Shown: positions 18,810 through 30,150 of the stretch, one piece after another
Numbering within the stretch: the stretch's first letter is position 1
How the letters are laid out: each line of letters begins with the position of its first letter
Assembly: GCA_963663035.1 (NCBI GenBank)
Contig: OY760074.1
Location: 1,888,001 to 1,952,000 of the forward strand
DNA from: Acidobacteriota bacterium
GTDB lineage: Bacteria; Acidobacteriota; UBA6911; RPQK01; JADFOI01
Length of the DNA: 64,000 nucleotides
Reading direction: 5' to 3'
The notes under the pieces: model-generated
The model's database searches: none
What the model was told of the DNA's origin: nothing
Seen by the model: the letters and a program-made list of their open reading frames with translations, nothing else
Translations under genes and position numbers: made by a program

Positions 18810-20459
18810 TCACGAATCGCTTCCCTCCCTCAACACTCGCTTCAGGACTTTCCCCAGGGCGCTTTTGGGCAGCTCCTCGACAAATTCAATCCTCTTGGGA
18901 ATCTTAAATTTGGAAAGCTTATCCTGACAGAACTGGATCACTTCCTGTTTGCTCAGCTCCTGGCCCTCTTCCACCACGATGAAGGCCTTCGGGACCTCCT
19001 CTCGAACCTTGCTGGCAATCCCCACCAGAGCCGCCTCGACGATGTGGGGGTGTTGATCCAAAACCTCCTCCACTTCACGGGGATAGATGTTCATCCCGGC
19101 GCTGATGATCACATCTTTCTTTCGATCCACGATCGAGAAAAAACCCTCCTCATCCATCACCGCCATATCCCCGCTATAGAGCCAACCCTGGTCCAGGACC
19201 TGTCGGGTCTCCTCCGGCATCTCCCAATAGCCCTTCATGACCTGCGGGCCTCTGATGGCCAGCTCTCCCACCTCTCCACAGGGAAGATGTTCCCTGGTGT
19301 CCGGATCCACTACGGCGGCTTCGGTATCGGCCACCGGAACGCCAATGGTGCCGATTTTGCGATGCCCGTAAATCGGATTGACAAGCGCCACCGGAGAAGT
19401 CTCGGACAGGCCGTAGCCCTCCACCAGCTTGCCGCCAGTGAGGGTTTCGAATCTCTTTTGCACCTCTGCCGGCAGACCAGCTCCTCCGCTGACACAGAGC
19501 CGAATGGAGGCAACATCTGAGCTGGAGATTTTGGGATAACGAGTGACGGCATTGTACAGTGATGGAACAGCACAGAAGATGGTGGGCTTGTGTTTTTTAA
19601 TCTGCTTGACCACGTCAGCCAACTCAAAGCGCGGCAGCAGCAGCATGGTCGACTGAGACACAACTGCCAGATGCATCCCGGTGGTCATCCCATAGCTGTG
19701 AAAAAAGGGAAGAACGCAAAGCATCACTTCCCTTCCGTCTTCCATGTCCCAGAGCCAGTTTCGGGTTTGATGGGCATTCACCACTAGATTGCGGTGGGTC
19801 AGAACAGCGCCCTTGGAGACCCCGGTGGTACCGCCCGTGTACAGCAATATTGCCGTGTCATCCGGACTGACCTCCGCTGCAGGTGCCGCTGGAAAGGACC
19901 TTTTAACGAGATGACGATATTCAAAAAGGTCCTTTTCTTTGCGAGGATCGACGGGGGACTTGTGCTTGAAGCCGTACAAGAGAGCGAAAATCGTGGGCAG
20001 GAAGTCTTGAATCCTGGCCAGGATAATCCTTTTGACCGGGGTCTTGTCTCTCACCGCGGCTAATTTCGGATACAGTTGATCCAGGATCACCACCGTCTCG
20101 GCACCAGAGTTGCTCAACTGCTTCTCCAGCTCTCTCTCCACGTAAAGTGGATTGGTGGGGACCACTATTCCGCCCAGCTTGAGAACCGCAAAATGGGCAA
20201 TCGGGTAGGCCGGGATATTGGGGAGGATCAGGGCCACACGGTCCCCTTTTCCAACTCCCATGGCCGCTAGAGCACTGGCCAGGCGATCTACCAGATTGCC
20301 CAGTTCCCGATAGCGGATTCTGGCTCCGAAGAAAAGCGTAGCCAGGCCGCTGGGATTCTTATCTATGGCATCCTGGAGGAGCTGGTAGACAGTGTTCTCG
20401 GGATATTGGATGGAAGTGGGAACCTTCTCGTCATAGTACTTCTGCCAGATCTTTTCCAT
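18810..20459 (-). CDS. fadD: long-chain fatty acid--CoA ligase
   Basis: YTGGTTGVSKG AMP-binding motif, EGYGLSETSP, LPKSALGK. Confidence 0.88.
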   Translation of the reverse strand: MEKIWQKYYDEKVPTSIQYPENTVYQLLQDAIDKNPSGLATLFFGARIRYRELGNLVDRLASALAAMGVGKGDRVALILPNIPAYPIAHFAVLKLGGIVVPTNPLYVERELEKQLSNSGAETVVILDQLYPKLAAVRDKTPVKRIILARIQDFLPTIFALLYGFKHKSPVDPRKEKDLFEYRHLVKRSFPAAPAAEVSPDDTAILLYTGGTTGVSKGAVLTHRNLVVNAHQTRNWLWDMEDGREVMLCVLPFFHSYGMTTGMHLAVVSQSTMLLLPRFELADVVKQIKKHKPTIFCAVPSLYNAVTRYPKISSSDVASIRLCVSGGAGLPAEVQKRFETLTGGKLVEGYGLSETSPVALVNPIYGHRKIGTIGVPVADTEAAVVDPDTREHLPCGEVGELAIRGPQVMKGYWEMPEETRQVLDQGWLYSGDMAVMDEEGFFSIVDRKKDVIISAGMNIYPREVEEVLDQHPHIVEAALVGIASKVREEVPKAFIVVEEGQELSKQEVIQFCQDKLSKFKIPKRIEFVEELPKSALGKVLKRVLREGSDS

Positions 20460-20538
20460 CCCTGACCCTCAATGCTAAGAGATCTCCTGATCCTATCACT
20501 GGTGAGCCGCGGAATCGACCGGTAACGAAAAGATATTT

Positions 20539-23427
20539 TTAATGCACTGTGCCGTTAGGAGTTACACCCGCTGGGACACACATGCCTCTCTCCTCCCACA
20601 GCCAGACTCCATCCCAATCCGGATGAGGAGGATCTTCCTGAAATTTCTGGCAGCGGGCCAGAAGGACTTGAGAGGGACGATCGGTCTCAGCACCCTTGCC
20701 AAACCATTGGCAAGCGGTGGCAAAGTCCTTCTTACTATAAGCCTCCATACCCCTGCAAAAACATTCCTCCGCTTCAGAGAGTTGGTAATTCGCATCCCCC
20801 AGCACCTCGATCAAGTCTTCTGGCTGCTTCTTGCCTCGAATCATAACTCGATCGATGGGACGGGTGACAAAATGCTGGCCGACTTCTTGGAAAGTTCTCT
20901 TGCTGATCAGGATCACGCTCCCGTATGGCTTGGTGAGCCTCTCCAGGCGCGAAGAAACGTTGACACCATCACCCACCACGGTAAAGTCCATTCTCTTTTC
21001 AGAACCGATGTTACCCGAGATCACATCACCCGTACTGATGCCAACGCCGATCCTAATGGGTTCTAGTCCCTTGGTCAGTCTGCTCCGATTCATTCTGGCT
21101 AATTCGCTCTTCATGGCTACGCCTGCACGCACAGCTCGCAGCGTATCGTCTTCCTGGACATAAGGGACACCGAAGACTGCCATTAACGCATCCCCGATAT
21201 ACTTATCCAGGATCCCTCGCTCTTCCAACAGAACATCGACCATCCGGGTGAAGTAGTGATTCAGGAAATCGACTGCTTTTTCGGCGGTCATGGACTCGGC
21301 AAGTGAGGTAAAACCTCGAATGTCGGAGAATAATATGGTCGCTTTATTGCGCACGCCACCCAGAGCCTGCCTTTCCGGATCTTCCAGAACCTTATCCACG
21401 ATATCCTTTGCCATATAGCGAACCAGGGCGCGCCTGACTCTTTTCTCCTGGCTAATGTCTTCCAGCACCAGAACAAGGCCGCTGTGAGTCCCCTCGTGTT
21501 GTACCAGGGGAAGAATGTTGAGATTGACCGAGGGTTTATTCCCTCGGAGATTCAGTTCCACATCATAGTCCATGACCGATTCACTGCTGGCGTAAACGCT
21601 GTCGATATGGCGAGCCACGCGCTCAGAGCCGAGCAGGCTTCGAAGGTCCTCCCCAACCAGGCTGTTCAGCTCAGAACCAAACAATTCCAACGCAGCCCGG
21701 TTGGCGGTGACAATCCGATGGTCATGATCCAGGGTGATGATACTGTTGGAAATGCTCTGTCCGATACTTTCCAGGTAGTTTCTCATCTCCATCGTATTCT
21801 GGTACAACTGGGCATTCTCCAGGGCTACCGCGACCTCCGAAGTCAGAAGCTTCAACAGGTCCTCATCTTCCCGGTCGAACACTCCCTCTTTCTTGTTCAT
21901 GGCTTGGGTCACACCGATGATCTCTCCCTCACGGTTTAGAACAGGAGCCGCCAGAACAGTCTTGGTATGGAAACCCGTTTCCTTATCAAAGGCAGGATTG
22001 AAGCGGGAGTCCTCATAGGCATTCTTAATGTTGAGCACCTCACCAGTCCTGGCAACATAGCCGGCCAGCCCTCCCGAAACTGGAAACCGAATGACGGCAC
22101 CCTTGGTGCCTTGCGCCCTCTTTGACCACAGCTCACCTGTGGTCCCGTCCACCAGAAAAAGAGAAGTGCGCTCGGCATGGAGGATCTCCGAGATCTTACC
22201 GACAATCTTGTCGATGAGAACATCCAGGTCCAGAGTCCGGGTGACCGAAGTGACCACGTCCAGGAGGATGGCCATCTTCTCGTGACTGGCAACGATCCTC
22301 TGATAGAGCCGGAAGTTCTCGACGGAAATGGCAGTCTGGTAGGCAAAGGCCCGAAAGAGCTTTTCGTCCATTGCATCAAACACACCATCCTTTTTGTTGA
22401 TGATCTGAATCACCCCCACGATTTCCCCACGCAAGTTCTTGACCGGGCCACACAGCATAGACTTTGTTCGATATCCGGTGCTCCGATCGATCTCCGCGTT
22501 GAAGCGGGGATCCTTGTACACGTCCGGAATATTGATCAACTCAGCATTCTGAGCCACCCACCCGGCAAGGCCCTGGCCTACAGGTATCCTTATTTCGCAG
22601 CTCTTCTCGTCCTGGGCCACCTTGGACCAGAGCTCTTGGGAAGGATTGTCGAGCAGAAACAAGGTAGCCCGCTCGGCACCCAACACATTGCTGGCCATAT
22701 GGACCACCCGCTCGATCAATCCCTCAACGTCCATTCGATGAGCCAGAATCTCAGACATATCCACCATGTCCTGGAGGTTCTGAAGGAACGTTTTCGTGGT
22801 TCGAGTCTCGTGCACCACTTCCTGAAAGCGAAAGTTCGTCCGGCGCATCCTCTTGGTGATGATATCCAGGAAATTCCTGGCCAGGGTGGGAGCCCGCTCC
22901 ATGCAGCGAGTCAGATCGTCGTAATAGATCTGCAGGAGCTGCAGGTCAGTTACAGCACGTACCGAGGCTGAGCGTCGGCCGTCGGAGAAATATCCCATCT
23001 CTCCAATGGATTCTCCAGGTCCAAGCGTAGCCAGCCCAATCTCTTCGTCAGAATCCTCTTTCCAGAAGACGACGGCCTGGCCGTGGACGAGAATGAAGAG
23101 GCAATCCCCCTTGTCGTTCTGGCGGATAAACTCGTCTCCGGTAGAGACGCTCTTTTCTCCCACAAAACCAGTGATGTCCTTCAACTCCTCGTCTTCCAGC
23201 CCAGAGAAGACGGGGCTGGTACGCAAGCGGTCCAGCCTCTGACCGTGAATCGCCCCGATCAGATCCTTTCGGCTGATGGCCTCCATCTCCAGCAGTATTT
23301 CTCCCAGGTGCTTCTCGACACCTGTACCCACCAATTCCCTCTGATGTGAAAGCGCCTGCTCCAGGACTTCCGCCTCACATTGCATGTATTCGGCGATTCT
23401 TCGACGATCCAGGATCTTGCTACTCAT
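20539..23427 (-). CDS. class III adenylate cyclase with MshEN-like, cNMP-binding, two GAF and PAS domains
   Basis: IGEMGY..RRSASV (cNMP); two GAF repeats with NK..G.FD..DE; [35 protein letters not shown] cyclase motifs. Confidence 0.85.
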   Translation of the reverse strand: MSSKILDRRRIAEYMQCEAEVLEQALSHQRELVGTGVEKHLGEILLEMEAISRKDLIGAIHGQRLDRLRTSPVFSGLEDEELKDITGFVGEKSVSTGDEFIRQNDKGDCLFILVHGQAVVFWKEDSDEEIGLATLGPGESIGEMGYFSDGRRSASVRAVTDLQLLQIYYDDLTRCMERAPTLARNFLDIITKRMRRTNFRFQEVVHETRTTKTFLQNLQDMVDMSEILAHRMDVEGLIERVVHMASNVLGAERATLFLLDNPSQELWSKVAQDEKSCEIRIPVGQGLAGWVAQNAELINIPDVYKDPRFNAEIDRSTGYRTKSMLCGPVKNLRGEIVGVIQIINKKDGVFDAMDEKLFRAFAYQTAISVENFRLYQRIVASHEKMAILLDVVTSVTRTLDLDVLIDKIVGKISEILHAERTSLFLVDGTTGELWSKRAQGTKGAVIRFPVSGGLAGYVARTGEVLNIKNAYEDSRFNPAFDKETGFHTKTVLAAPVLNREGEIIGVTQAMNKKEGVFDREDEDLLKLLTSEVAVALENAQLYQNTMEMRNYLESIGQSISNSIITLDHDHRIVTANRAALELFGSELNSLVGEDLRSLLGSERVARHIDSVYASSESVMDYDVELNLRGNKPSVNLNILPLVQHEGTHSGLVLVLEDISQEKRVRRALVRYMAKDIVDKVLEDPERQALGGVRNKATILFSDIRGFTSLAESMTAEKAVDFLNHYFTRMVDVLLEERGILDKYIGDALMAVFGVPYVQEDDTLRAVRAGVAMKSELARMNRSRLTKGLEPIRIGVGISTGDVISGNIGSEKRMDFTVVGDGVNVSSRLERLTKPYGSVILISKRTFQEVGQHFVTRPIDRVMIRGKKQPEDLIEVLGDANYQLSEAEECFCRGMEAYSKKDFATACQWFGKGAETDRPSQVLLARCQKFQEDPPHPDWDGVWLWEERGMCVPAGVTPNGTVH

Positions 23428-23561
23428 TTAAATAAGTACTGACAGGGTACGCGGCGCCCGATGCTGGGTTAAGATGCTTCGCACATCTGCAGAGATTGAT
23501 TCTCTAGTCTGGCTGAAAAGCCACCAGATACGGAGTGACAGTGGTCACAGGGAGGGGAAAA

Positions 23562-23623
23562 ATGGGGACAGACTACCCGTTCACCTCATTTCGAAATGAG
23601 GTGAACGGGTAGTCTGTCCCCAT
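23562..23623. repeat. perfect 62-bp palindrome (GGGGACAG...CTGTCCCC, REP-like)
   Basis: 31-bp arm immediately followed by its exact reverse complement. Confidence 0.9.
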
Positions 23624-23679
23624 ATTTCCATTTCAACAGAGCGGACGCTACAATTATTTCCACGAGGACTAACGAACCT

Positions 23680-24108
23680 TTGCCCAATATTCGCTTCTTG
23701 ATCTGGTCAGTCTCCCTCATCCACATGCTGTTCTACCGCGCCACGGGAGGCTTGATTGGCGGCTCCGTCGGTGCACCGGTGCTCCTCCTCACAACCGTGG
23801 GTAGAAAAAGTGGCAAGGCTCGCACGGTTCCCCTGCTCTATCTTAAGGAGGGTTCACATTGGGCTCTGGTTGCCTCCAATGGAGGAGATGACCGGCATCC
23901 CGCCTGGTGGCTCAACCTCAAGGCCAACCCGGCTGCTACCATCCAGATCAGACGGTCCCGGGAGCGGGTCACAGCCAGGCCAGGCTCCGAAGATGAAAAG
24001 AGCCTTCTGTGGCCTCGATTTGTGAAGATGCATGGGGGCTACACAGCCTACCAACAGAGAACCAGACGGGAGATCCCGCTCGTCATTCTTGAGCCAGAGA
24101 CCTCTTGA
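23680..24108 (+). CDS. deazaflavin (F420H2)-dependent nitroreductase/quinone reductase, Ddn-like
   Basis: LLLTTVGRKSG, VASNGG, PAWWLNLKANP, YQQRTRREIP. Confidence 0.82.
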   Translation: MPNIRFLIWSVSLIHMLFYRATGGLIGGSVGAPVLLLTTVGRKSGKARTVPLLYLKEGSHWALVASNGGDDRHPAWWLNLKANPAATIQIRRSRERVTARPGSEDEKSLLWPRFVKMHGGYTAYQQRTRREIPLVILEPETS

Positions 24109-24149
24109 GAGGGAAATATGGGGACGGAGCGGCCACTACAAGTCGATAC

Positions 24150-25202
24150 TCAGGAAAACAGGCCCTTCTGAGGTGTGCCTGGGGATGCCGCCTGAGCTGT
24201 GCCCTGAGGCTTCTTTCCGAAATGATCGTAGGCTAGAGGGGTCACCATGCGACCGCGCGGCGTGCGGTTGAGGAATCCAATCTGAATCAGGAAGGGTTCG
24301 TAGATATCCTCGATGGCGTCCTTCTCTTCACTGATGGCCGCTGAGATGGTATTGACGCCAACCGGACCACCGCCGAACTTTTCAATGATCGTCAGCAGGA
24401 GCTTTCGATCAATCTCATCAAAGCCAAAGCGGTCTACATTGGCCAAATCCAGCCCCTGGCAGGCCACTTCATGATTGATCGACCCGTCAGCCCGCACCTG
24501 TGCGTAATCGCGCACACGCCTGAGGAGACGATTGGCCACTCTGGGCGTCCCCCGGCTTCGCCGGGCCACCTCCTCAGTACTCTTCTTATCGATGACAACA
24601 TCTAGAATGTCAGCCGAGCGGCGGACGATGGTGGCCAGGCTCTCCAGCGTGTAGAAATCCAACCGCTGAATAATCCCGAAGCGACCTCGCAGAGGGGAGG
24701 TCAACAAGCCCGTTCGGGTGGTGGCCCCGACCAGCGTAAACTGAGGAATATCGATCTTGATGGAACGGGCTCCGGGACCCTCGCCAATAATGATATCGAT
24801 CTGGAAATCCTCCATGGCGGGATAGAGGATCTCTTCGATGGAGGGATGCAGACGATGGATTTCATCGATAAAAAGGACGTCATTGGCCTCCAGATTGGTC
24901 AAGATCGCTGCCAGATCCCCCCGCTTTTCAATGGCCGGTCCCGAAGTTGAGCGGAAATTCACATTCAGCTCAGTGGAAATAATGTGGGCAAGCGTTGTCT
25001 TCCCCAGTCCGGGAGGGCCGAAAAGCAAGACATGGTCCAGGGCCTCATTCCGCTGTCGAGCTGCTTCGACAGCAACTTTGATGCTGTCCTTAATCCTTTG
25101 CTGTCCGATGAAGTCCTTCAAGAATCGAGGTCTGAGCCTATTCTCAAAGGTGATCTCCTCCTTCCGGTGGGAGGGATCCATGATGCGCTCTTCTGTTTCC
25201 AT
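24150..25202 (-). CDS. ruvB: Holliday junction branch migration helicase RuvB
   Basis: [41 protein letters not shown]. Confidence 0.97.
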   Translation of the reverse strand: METEERIMDPSHRKEEITFENRLRPRFLKDFIGQQRIKDSIKVAVEAARQRNEALDHVLLFGPPGLGKTTLAHIISTELNVNFRSTSGPAIEKRGDLAAILTNLEANDVLFIDEIHRLHPSIEEILYPAMEDFQIDIIIGEGPGARSIKIDIPQFTLVGATTRTGLLTSPLRGRFGIIQRLDFYTLESLATIVRRSADILDVVIDKKSTEEVARRSRGTPRVANRLLRRVRDYAQVRADGSINHEVACQGLDLANVDRFGFDEIDRKLLLTIIEKFGGGPVGVNTISAAISEEKDAIEDIYEPFLIQIGFLNRTPRGRMVTPLAYDHFGKKPQGTAQAASPGTPQKGLFS

Positions 25203-25207
25203 TCTGT

Positions 25208-25804
25208 CTAAGCCCGGACTTTTTTCAGCGACTGCCTCAAAAGTGCCTCGAAGGAGTCCATCTGCCCTTCTTTCCTTGCCCTGGAGACTGCCCTCTCGGC
25301 GGTATTTTTGGCATAGCCCAGATTGACCAGAGCCGACACCACATCCACCTGAAGGGAGCCGGCTTCACTGTCCAAGGTGGCTTCCTCAAGCTCGGGAAAC
25401 AACTCCACGACCTTGTCCCTCATCTCCAGGACGAGGCGTTCGGCGGTTTTCTTTCCAACTCCCGGGATCTCATTGAGCTTGAGCACATCCCCATCCGTCA
25501 CCGCCTCGACAAACTCACCCACCGGCATACCGGAAAGAATCGTCACCCCAAGCTTGGGGCCAATCCCCGAGATCTGAATCAGCCGCGTGAAGAGCCTCTT
25601 CTCTTTCCTGGTCAGAAAGCCATACAGTTGAAAGGCATCTTCCTTGACGTGAGTATAGATGCGCAGACTGACAGTGTCGCCGACCTCTCCCAGCTCGTAA
25701 TAGGTGGAAAAAGGAATCACCACCTCATACCCCACACCGCTAACATCCACCTCCACGCAGCCCGCCGATTTCTCCGTGAGCACGCCTTTTAAATGGGCAA
25801 TCAC
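25208..25804 (-). CDS. ruvA: Holliday junction branch migration protein RuvA
   Basis: [36 protein letters not shown]; GTG start at 25804. Confidence 0.95.
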   Translation of the reverse strand: MIAHLKGVLTEKSAGCVEVDVSGVGYEVVIPFSTYYELGEVGDTVSLRIYTHVKEDAFQLYGFLTRKEKRLFTRLIQISGIGPKLGVTILSGMPVGEFVEAVTDGDVLKLNEIPGVGKKTAERLVLEMRDKVVELFPELEEATLDSEAGSLQVDVVSALVNLGYAKNTAERAVSRARKEGQMDSFEALLRQSLKKVRA

Positions 25805-25839
25805 TGCTGCATAGATTACAGCCGACAACTGACAGGGAG

Positions 25840-25951
25840 AGGAGGTAGGAGTCAGGAGGTAGGAGTCAGGAGGTAGGAGATTCTCGAAAGCTGGAACCTG
25901 AAACTTTAGCTGACTTCTGCCTCCTGTCTCCTGCCTCCTACCTCCTACCTC
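25840..25951. repeat. heptamer tandem repeats (AGGAGGT/AGGAGTC) with an inverted array
   Basis: 25840-25879 AGGAGNN array and 25914-25951 complementary CTCCT array. Confidence 0.75.
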
Positions 25952-28047
25952 GGCGTTGCCTCCGGCAGGCCGCCATCCACCGGGAGGGTGGCTCCCGTGG
26001 TGGGCGTTTGGCGAGTACAGAAAAACAGGGCGGCTTTGGCCACGTGGGTTGCCGTAATCCTGGCTTTCAAGAGATTTCGGCTCCTGTAATACTCTTCCAG
26101 TCCCTTCTCATCCAGTCCCCGGCTGCGCATGCGGTCCGGTCCCACTTCCGCCCACAGGCCCGACTTGCGCTCCCCTTCCGAGAACACCGCGTCGGGCGAG
26201 ACCATATTCACTCTGACATCAATTTCCGCCAATTCCAGGCTGGCGATTCGGGCCAGTTGGTGAGCTGCAGCTTTGGTGGCGCTGTAAGCCCCGAATTGGG
26301 CCCCCGGCGCAAAGACGTTCTTACTGGAAATCACCACCACGTCCCCTCCTGTTCCCTGGACTTTAAAATGCCGTCCCGCCTCGGCCAGCATCAGAAGTGT
26401 CCCTTCAACGTTGACCTGTGCCACTTTGCGAAAGGCTTCCAGGTCCATCTCGCTCAATGAGGTCACCAGTGCCAGTCCAGCGTTCACCAGGACCAGATCC
26501 ACTCCTCCCCAGGCTGAGATGATGGTGGCAAATCCTTCGGCTATCGAGTTTGGGTCGGTGACGTCAAGAGGCACCCCTAAAACCCTCTTGCCGAACTCGG
26601 ATTGCAGCTCCGCCACCAGACTGTCGAGCCGTTTGCCGGGCAGGTCGGTGACGGCCACATGGCAGCCCTGTTCCAGAAAGACTCGGCAGATACCGGAACC
26701 GATGGCGCCTGCCGCTCCCGTCACCACGGCCACCTGACGGCTCAAAGGAAGCTCCCTGCCTTCCAGCTTGGTGTGCTGAAGGGTGTGATACTCCATGGCG
26801 TAAAACTCGCCCTCGCTCAAACTCTGGTAACTTCCCATGGCCCCGATCCTGGCCTTAACCTCTAGAGTCTGAGCCGTGATATCGCGACAGATGTCGGCGG
26901 AGGAGACATCCTTGCCGGCACAGGCAGCACCCATGCCCGGCAGCAGAATCACTCGGGGAGCGGAATCAAAAGGAGTCAAACCGGCATCCGCCTGTCCGGA
27001 ATTTCGATCCAGATAGTCTTGGTAGGAAGTTCGATACTCCTGGATCGCGCTGCCCATCTGCTCCTGCAACTGGGAGGGGTCATCGTAGGAAGGTGAATCC
27101 ACCCACAGAGGAAAGGGTTTCGTTCGGATCAGATGATCGGAGGTCAGCGGCGGGGTGAGAGCCAGTTCCCTGCCCCGGTCAGAATCCACAAAGTCCAGAA
27201 TCTCCCGGCTGATCAAGGGCCTCAAAATCATGCGCCGGTAGGGTTGATCCCCATCGGTGGGTTCGGCCACCAGACCCCGCAGGAGGGGCGCCACCTGGAT
27301 CCACCTGGCTTGGGCCGTTTCAAGCGGTGTGGAGACGGTCACTTTCAAAGGGTTACTTGCCTTCTGGGCCAGATATTCTTCAGCCTTGCTCACAAGCTCG
27401 ATCGTCGTCTGGTAAGACTCCTGAGCCGTTTCCCCCCAGCTGAGCAGTCCATGCCGCATCCAGACCTGGGCTCGGCTTGTGGGATGGGCTTCGATGGCCT
27501 CAACGGCAGCCTTGGCCAACTGGAACCCGGGCTTCACGTAATCCAGGACGATGACGTCCTCTCCCAGGGCTTCTTCCACGAGCTTCCGGCCTTCCGGCTG
27601 GTTGGTGAGAGCCAGAATGGCCTCCGCATGTGTGTGATCCAGAAATTTCCTGTCAATAAAGGCATGGACCAGCGTTTCGATGGAGGGAGTGGGAGACTGG
27701 AAATCAAAAAGATGGGTCCGGATTTCTCCGACCATGGCCTGGTCCGAGAGCTTGGTCAGCGCTTGCAGGCGCTTGAGATATTCCAGATCCAGAGCAGGAT
27801 GACCCTCAGGCTCTATTGCAGAGAGATCGTGTCCGGAGGCCTTGACGAAAATGGCTGCCAGGTCCTCCCCCAGGAGGTTGGTGTGGCTGCCTTTGACCGA
27901 GGTATTGCCTCCGCCATGCAGAACCAGGCTTTTCTCAACTCCCAGGAGCCTGGACGAGTAGGTGCGAAGGGCCAGATCTTCTCCCCACTGGGCCCCATAT
28001 CGCGAAAGAAACTCAGTCGCCTGCTCATCGGACCAGCTGCTTTTCAT
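25945..28047 (-). CDS. bifunctional class II aldolase / short-chain dehydrogenase (RhaD/YuxG-like)
   Basis: HGGGNTSVK, PSIET, HTH; SDR TGAAGAIG, YSATK. Confidence 0.85.
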   Translation of the reverse strand: MKSSWSDEQATEFLSRYGAQWGEDLALRTYSSRLLGVEKSLVLHGGGNTSVKGSHTNLLGEDLAAIFVKASGHDLSAIEPEGHPALDLEYLKRLQALTKLSDQAMVGEIRTHLFDFQSPTPSIETLVHAFIDRKFLDHTHAEAILALTNQPEGRKLVEEALGEDVIVLDYVKPGFQLAKAAVEAIEAHPTSRAQVWMRHGLLSWGETAQESYQTTIELVSKAEEYLAQKASNPLKVTVSTPLETAQARWIQVAPLLRGLVAEPTDGDQPYRRMILRPLISREILDFVDSDRGRELALTPPLTSDHLIRTKPFPLWVDSPSYDDPSQLQEQMGSAIQEYRTSYQDYLDRNSGQADAGLTPFDSAPRVILLPGMGAACAGKDVSSADICRDITAQTLEVKARIGAMGSYQSLSEGEFYAMEYHTLQHTKLEGRELPLSRQVAVVTGAAGAIGSGICRVFLEQGCHVAVTDLPGKRLDSLVAELQSEFGKRVLGVPLDVTDPNSIAEGFATIISAWGGVDLVLVNAGLALVTSLSEMDLEAFRKVAQVNVEGTLLMLAEAGRHFKVQGTGGDVVVISSKNVFAPGAQFGAYSATKAAAHQLARIASLELAEIDVRVNMVSPDAVFSEGERKSGLWAEVGPDRMRSRGLDEKGLEEYYRSRNLLKARITATHVAKAALFFCTRQTPTTGATLPVDGGLPEATPR

Positions 28048-28079
28048 GGAACTGTTTTTTCCGTTATTCCGGTTCTATC

Positions 28080-28805
28080 CTACGCGGATCGTAAGCTGGA
28101 AAGCATGAAATCCGCATTCTCAACAGGATTCTTCCCATCGAAAACCGCACTTCCCGTCACCACAATATCCACCCCTGTTGCGGCAAAATCAGCGATGTTT
28201 TCCTTTTTGATACCGCCATCGACACAGAGCAAAATGGCCCTCTCGACCTCTGCGATCATCCCCTGCACTTCTTCGATTTTAGAGAAGGTGGAAGGTATGA
28301 AGGTCTGTCCGCCCCAGCCCGGGTTGATGCCCACCAGCATGATCAGCTCCACCTCATCGAGTAAGGGTTTCAGCACGGCCAGCGGGGTGCCAGGATTAAT
28401 CGCCACCCCTCGCACCAAACCTCTGGCTGGATCATTGGCATTGCTCATCTCCCCTAACTTCTGAAAGACCCGGTGGATGTGCGAGCCGGATTCAGCATGG
28501 ACCGTGATGACATCCGCCCCGGCCGCCACGTAAGCATCCACCTTCTCCAGCGGATCCTGAATCATCAAATGGACATCTTTCAGCAACGGGGTTTTGATGG
28601 CCTTGATGAAGGGAGGACCCACCGTCATCATGGGCGAGAAGCACCCGTCCATGACATCCACGTGGAGGAGCTTGACCTCGGTCTGCTCCAGCCGCAACAC
28701 CTCAGACCCCAGGCTCATCAAGTCGGCTGTCAGCACACCCACGCTGATGGTGGGGGAGAGCTGGCGCAGAAGCTCAAGGCTCGTGGCTCCTGGGCTGCTA
28801 GCCAC
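28080..28805 (-). CDS. ribulose-phosphate 3-epimerase family (LsrE-like)
   Basis: HVDVMDG, DVHLMI, VDGGI, VTGSA; coupled to lsrF. Confidence 0.8.
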   Translation of the reverse strand: MASSPGATSLELLRQLSPTISVGVLTADLMSLGSEVLRLEQTEVKLLHVDVMDGCFSPMMTVGPPFIKAIKTPLLKDVHLMIQDPLEKVDAYVAAGADVITVHAESGSHIHRVFQKLGEMSNANDPARGLVRGVAINPGTPLAVLKPLLDEVELIMLVGINPGWGGQTFIPSTFSKIEEVQGMIAEVERAILLCVDGGIKKENIADFAATGVDIVVTGSAVFDGKNPVENADFMLSSLRSA

Positions 28806-29707
28806 TAAGCGCCAACTTCCAGCTGCGTCTCTTCCTCCTTCAAGCTCTGGTACAGCTCATAGGCCTGCTGAGGCTTCATCTGCTTGTGCACGACCGCTCC
28901 CACAGCCTGGATCATGGCCACCGGCGTGTCAGACTGGAAGATGTTTCTTCCCATATCCACCCCGGCTGCTCCCTGATCCACGGCATTGAAGGCCATGGTC
29001 AGCGCCTCCAGTTCACCTAACTTCTTACCGCCGGCCATGACGATAGGAACGGGACAGCATGAGGTGACGGTTTCAAAACCATCCGGAACATAGTAGGTCT
29101 TGACGAAGTGAGCGCCCAGCTCGGCGCACATTCTGCAGGCCAAACGCAGATACTTGGCGTCTCGATTCATGTCCTTCCCCACAGCCGTCACGGCCAGGAC
29201 GGGAAGACCATGCCTGTTTCCCAGATCCACCAGGGTGGTCATGTTGTGAACAGATTGAGTTTCATATTCCCCGCCCACGAAGACCTGGACAGCGATTGCT
29301 GCCACATTCAAGCGAAGGGCATCTTCCACACTCACCGCAATGTGTTCGTTGGAGAGCTCCTTGAGAATGCTGGGACCACCACTTGCTCTGAGCACGACAC
29401 CTCCACGGAAACTGGAAGGAACGGTCGTGCGAAGCATGCCTCGAGTCAGCATCAAGGCATTGCAGGAGGACAGAAGAGGCAGGATCTTGACATCCACCCG
29501 TTCCAGCCCGGTAGTGGGCCCCATGAAATAGCCGTGGTCAATGGCCAGCATCACCGTGCGCCCCGACTCAGGATTGAAGATGCGGGAAAAGCGATTCTGC
29601 ATTCCCCAGCCCAGCGCGTTGGAACCCCGCAGGAAGAAGGGGCTGCTTTCCATGGGAATATCCGGGTAAAAATCTTTCGTTTCCTTAATGTTCTCCATGT
29701 CAGCCAT
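28805..29707 (-). CDS. lsrF: 3-hydroxy-5-phosphonooxypentane-2,4-dione thiolase LsrF
   Basis: [44 protein letters not shown]. Confidence 0.88.
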   Translation of the reverse strand: MADMENIKETKDFYPDIPMESSPFFLRGSNALGWGMQNRFSRIFNPESGRTVMLAIDHGYFMGPTTGLERVDVKILPLLSSCNALMLTRGMLRTTVPSSFRGGVVLRASGGPSILKELSNEHIAVSVEDALRLNVAAIAVQVFVGGEYETQSVHNMTTLVDLGNRHGLPVLAVTAVGKDMNRDAKYLRLACRMCAELGAHFVKTYYVPDGFETVTSCCPVPIVMAGGKKLGELEALTMAFNAVDQGAAGVDMGRNIFQSDTPVAMIQAVGAVVHKQMKPQQAYELYQSLKEEETQLEVGA

Positions 29708-29907
29708 AGCTCATCTCCTTTTTTGCCAAGAAACTTAGCAACTACGGAGGAGGATTTCAAGATCTCCCGGGGACTCAGCCAAAATCTCTCCAAAATAAAT
29801 GGATATCGGCGACGGCCCTTGATGCTAAAATGAGGTGTGGGGAGTTCCACAGTACCGCAGTCGCAAAACATCGTGATCATCGGCGAGGTTTCCGTGGCAT
29901 CCGAAGG

Positions 29908-30150
29908 ATGAAGGCCAAAGTCATTGTTCGCTTAAAGGATGGCGTGCTGGATCCCCAGGGACAGACGATCCAGCGTTCCCTGAACAAAATGGGCCATGAG
30001 GTCACGGGTCTCCGTCAGGGCAAATACTTCGAGATCGAATTCGACGACCTGCAGGACGAAAGCGCCGTTCGCAAGCAGGTCGAGGAAATCGCACAAGACG
30101 TTCTCTGTAATCCCATCATAGAGACCTTCGAAATCGAGGATATCTCGTGA
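29908..30150 (+). CDS. purS: FGAM synthase subunit PurS
   Basis: VLDPQG, RQGKYF, LCNPIIE; start MKAKV. Confidence 0.92.
   Translation: MKAKVIVRLKDGVLDPQGQTIQRSLNKMGHEVTGLRQGKYFEIEFDDLQDESAVRKQVEEIAQDVLCNPIIETFEIEDIS

Noticed and set aside
25840-25951. Short repeats as a CRISPR array
   Set aside because: 7-bp units without unique spacers and no cas genes; no CRISPR array was seen anywhere in the window
27133-28464. 443-aa plus-strand ORF and similar long antisense ORFs
   Set aside because: They are shadows of well-supported opposite-strand genes and carry no motifs
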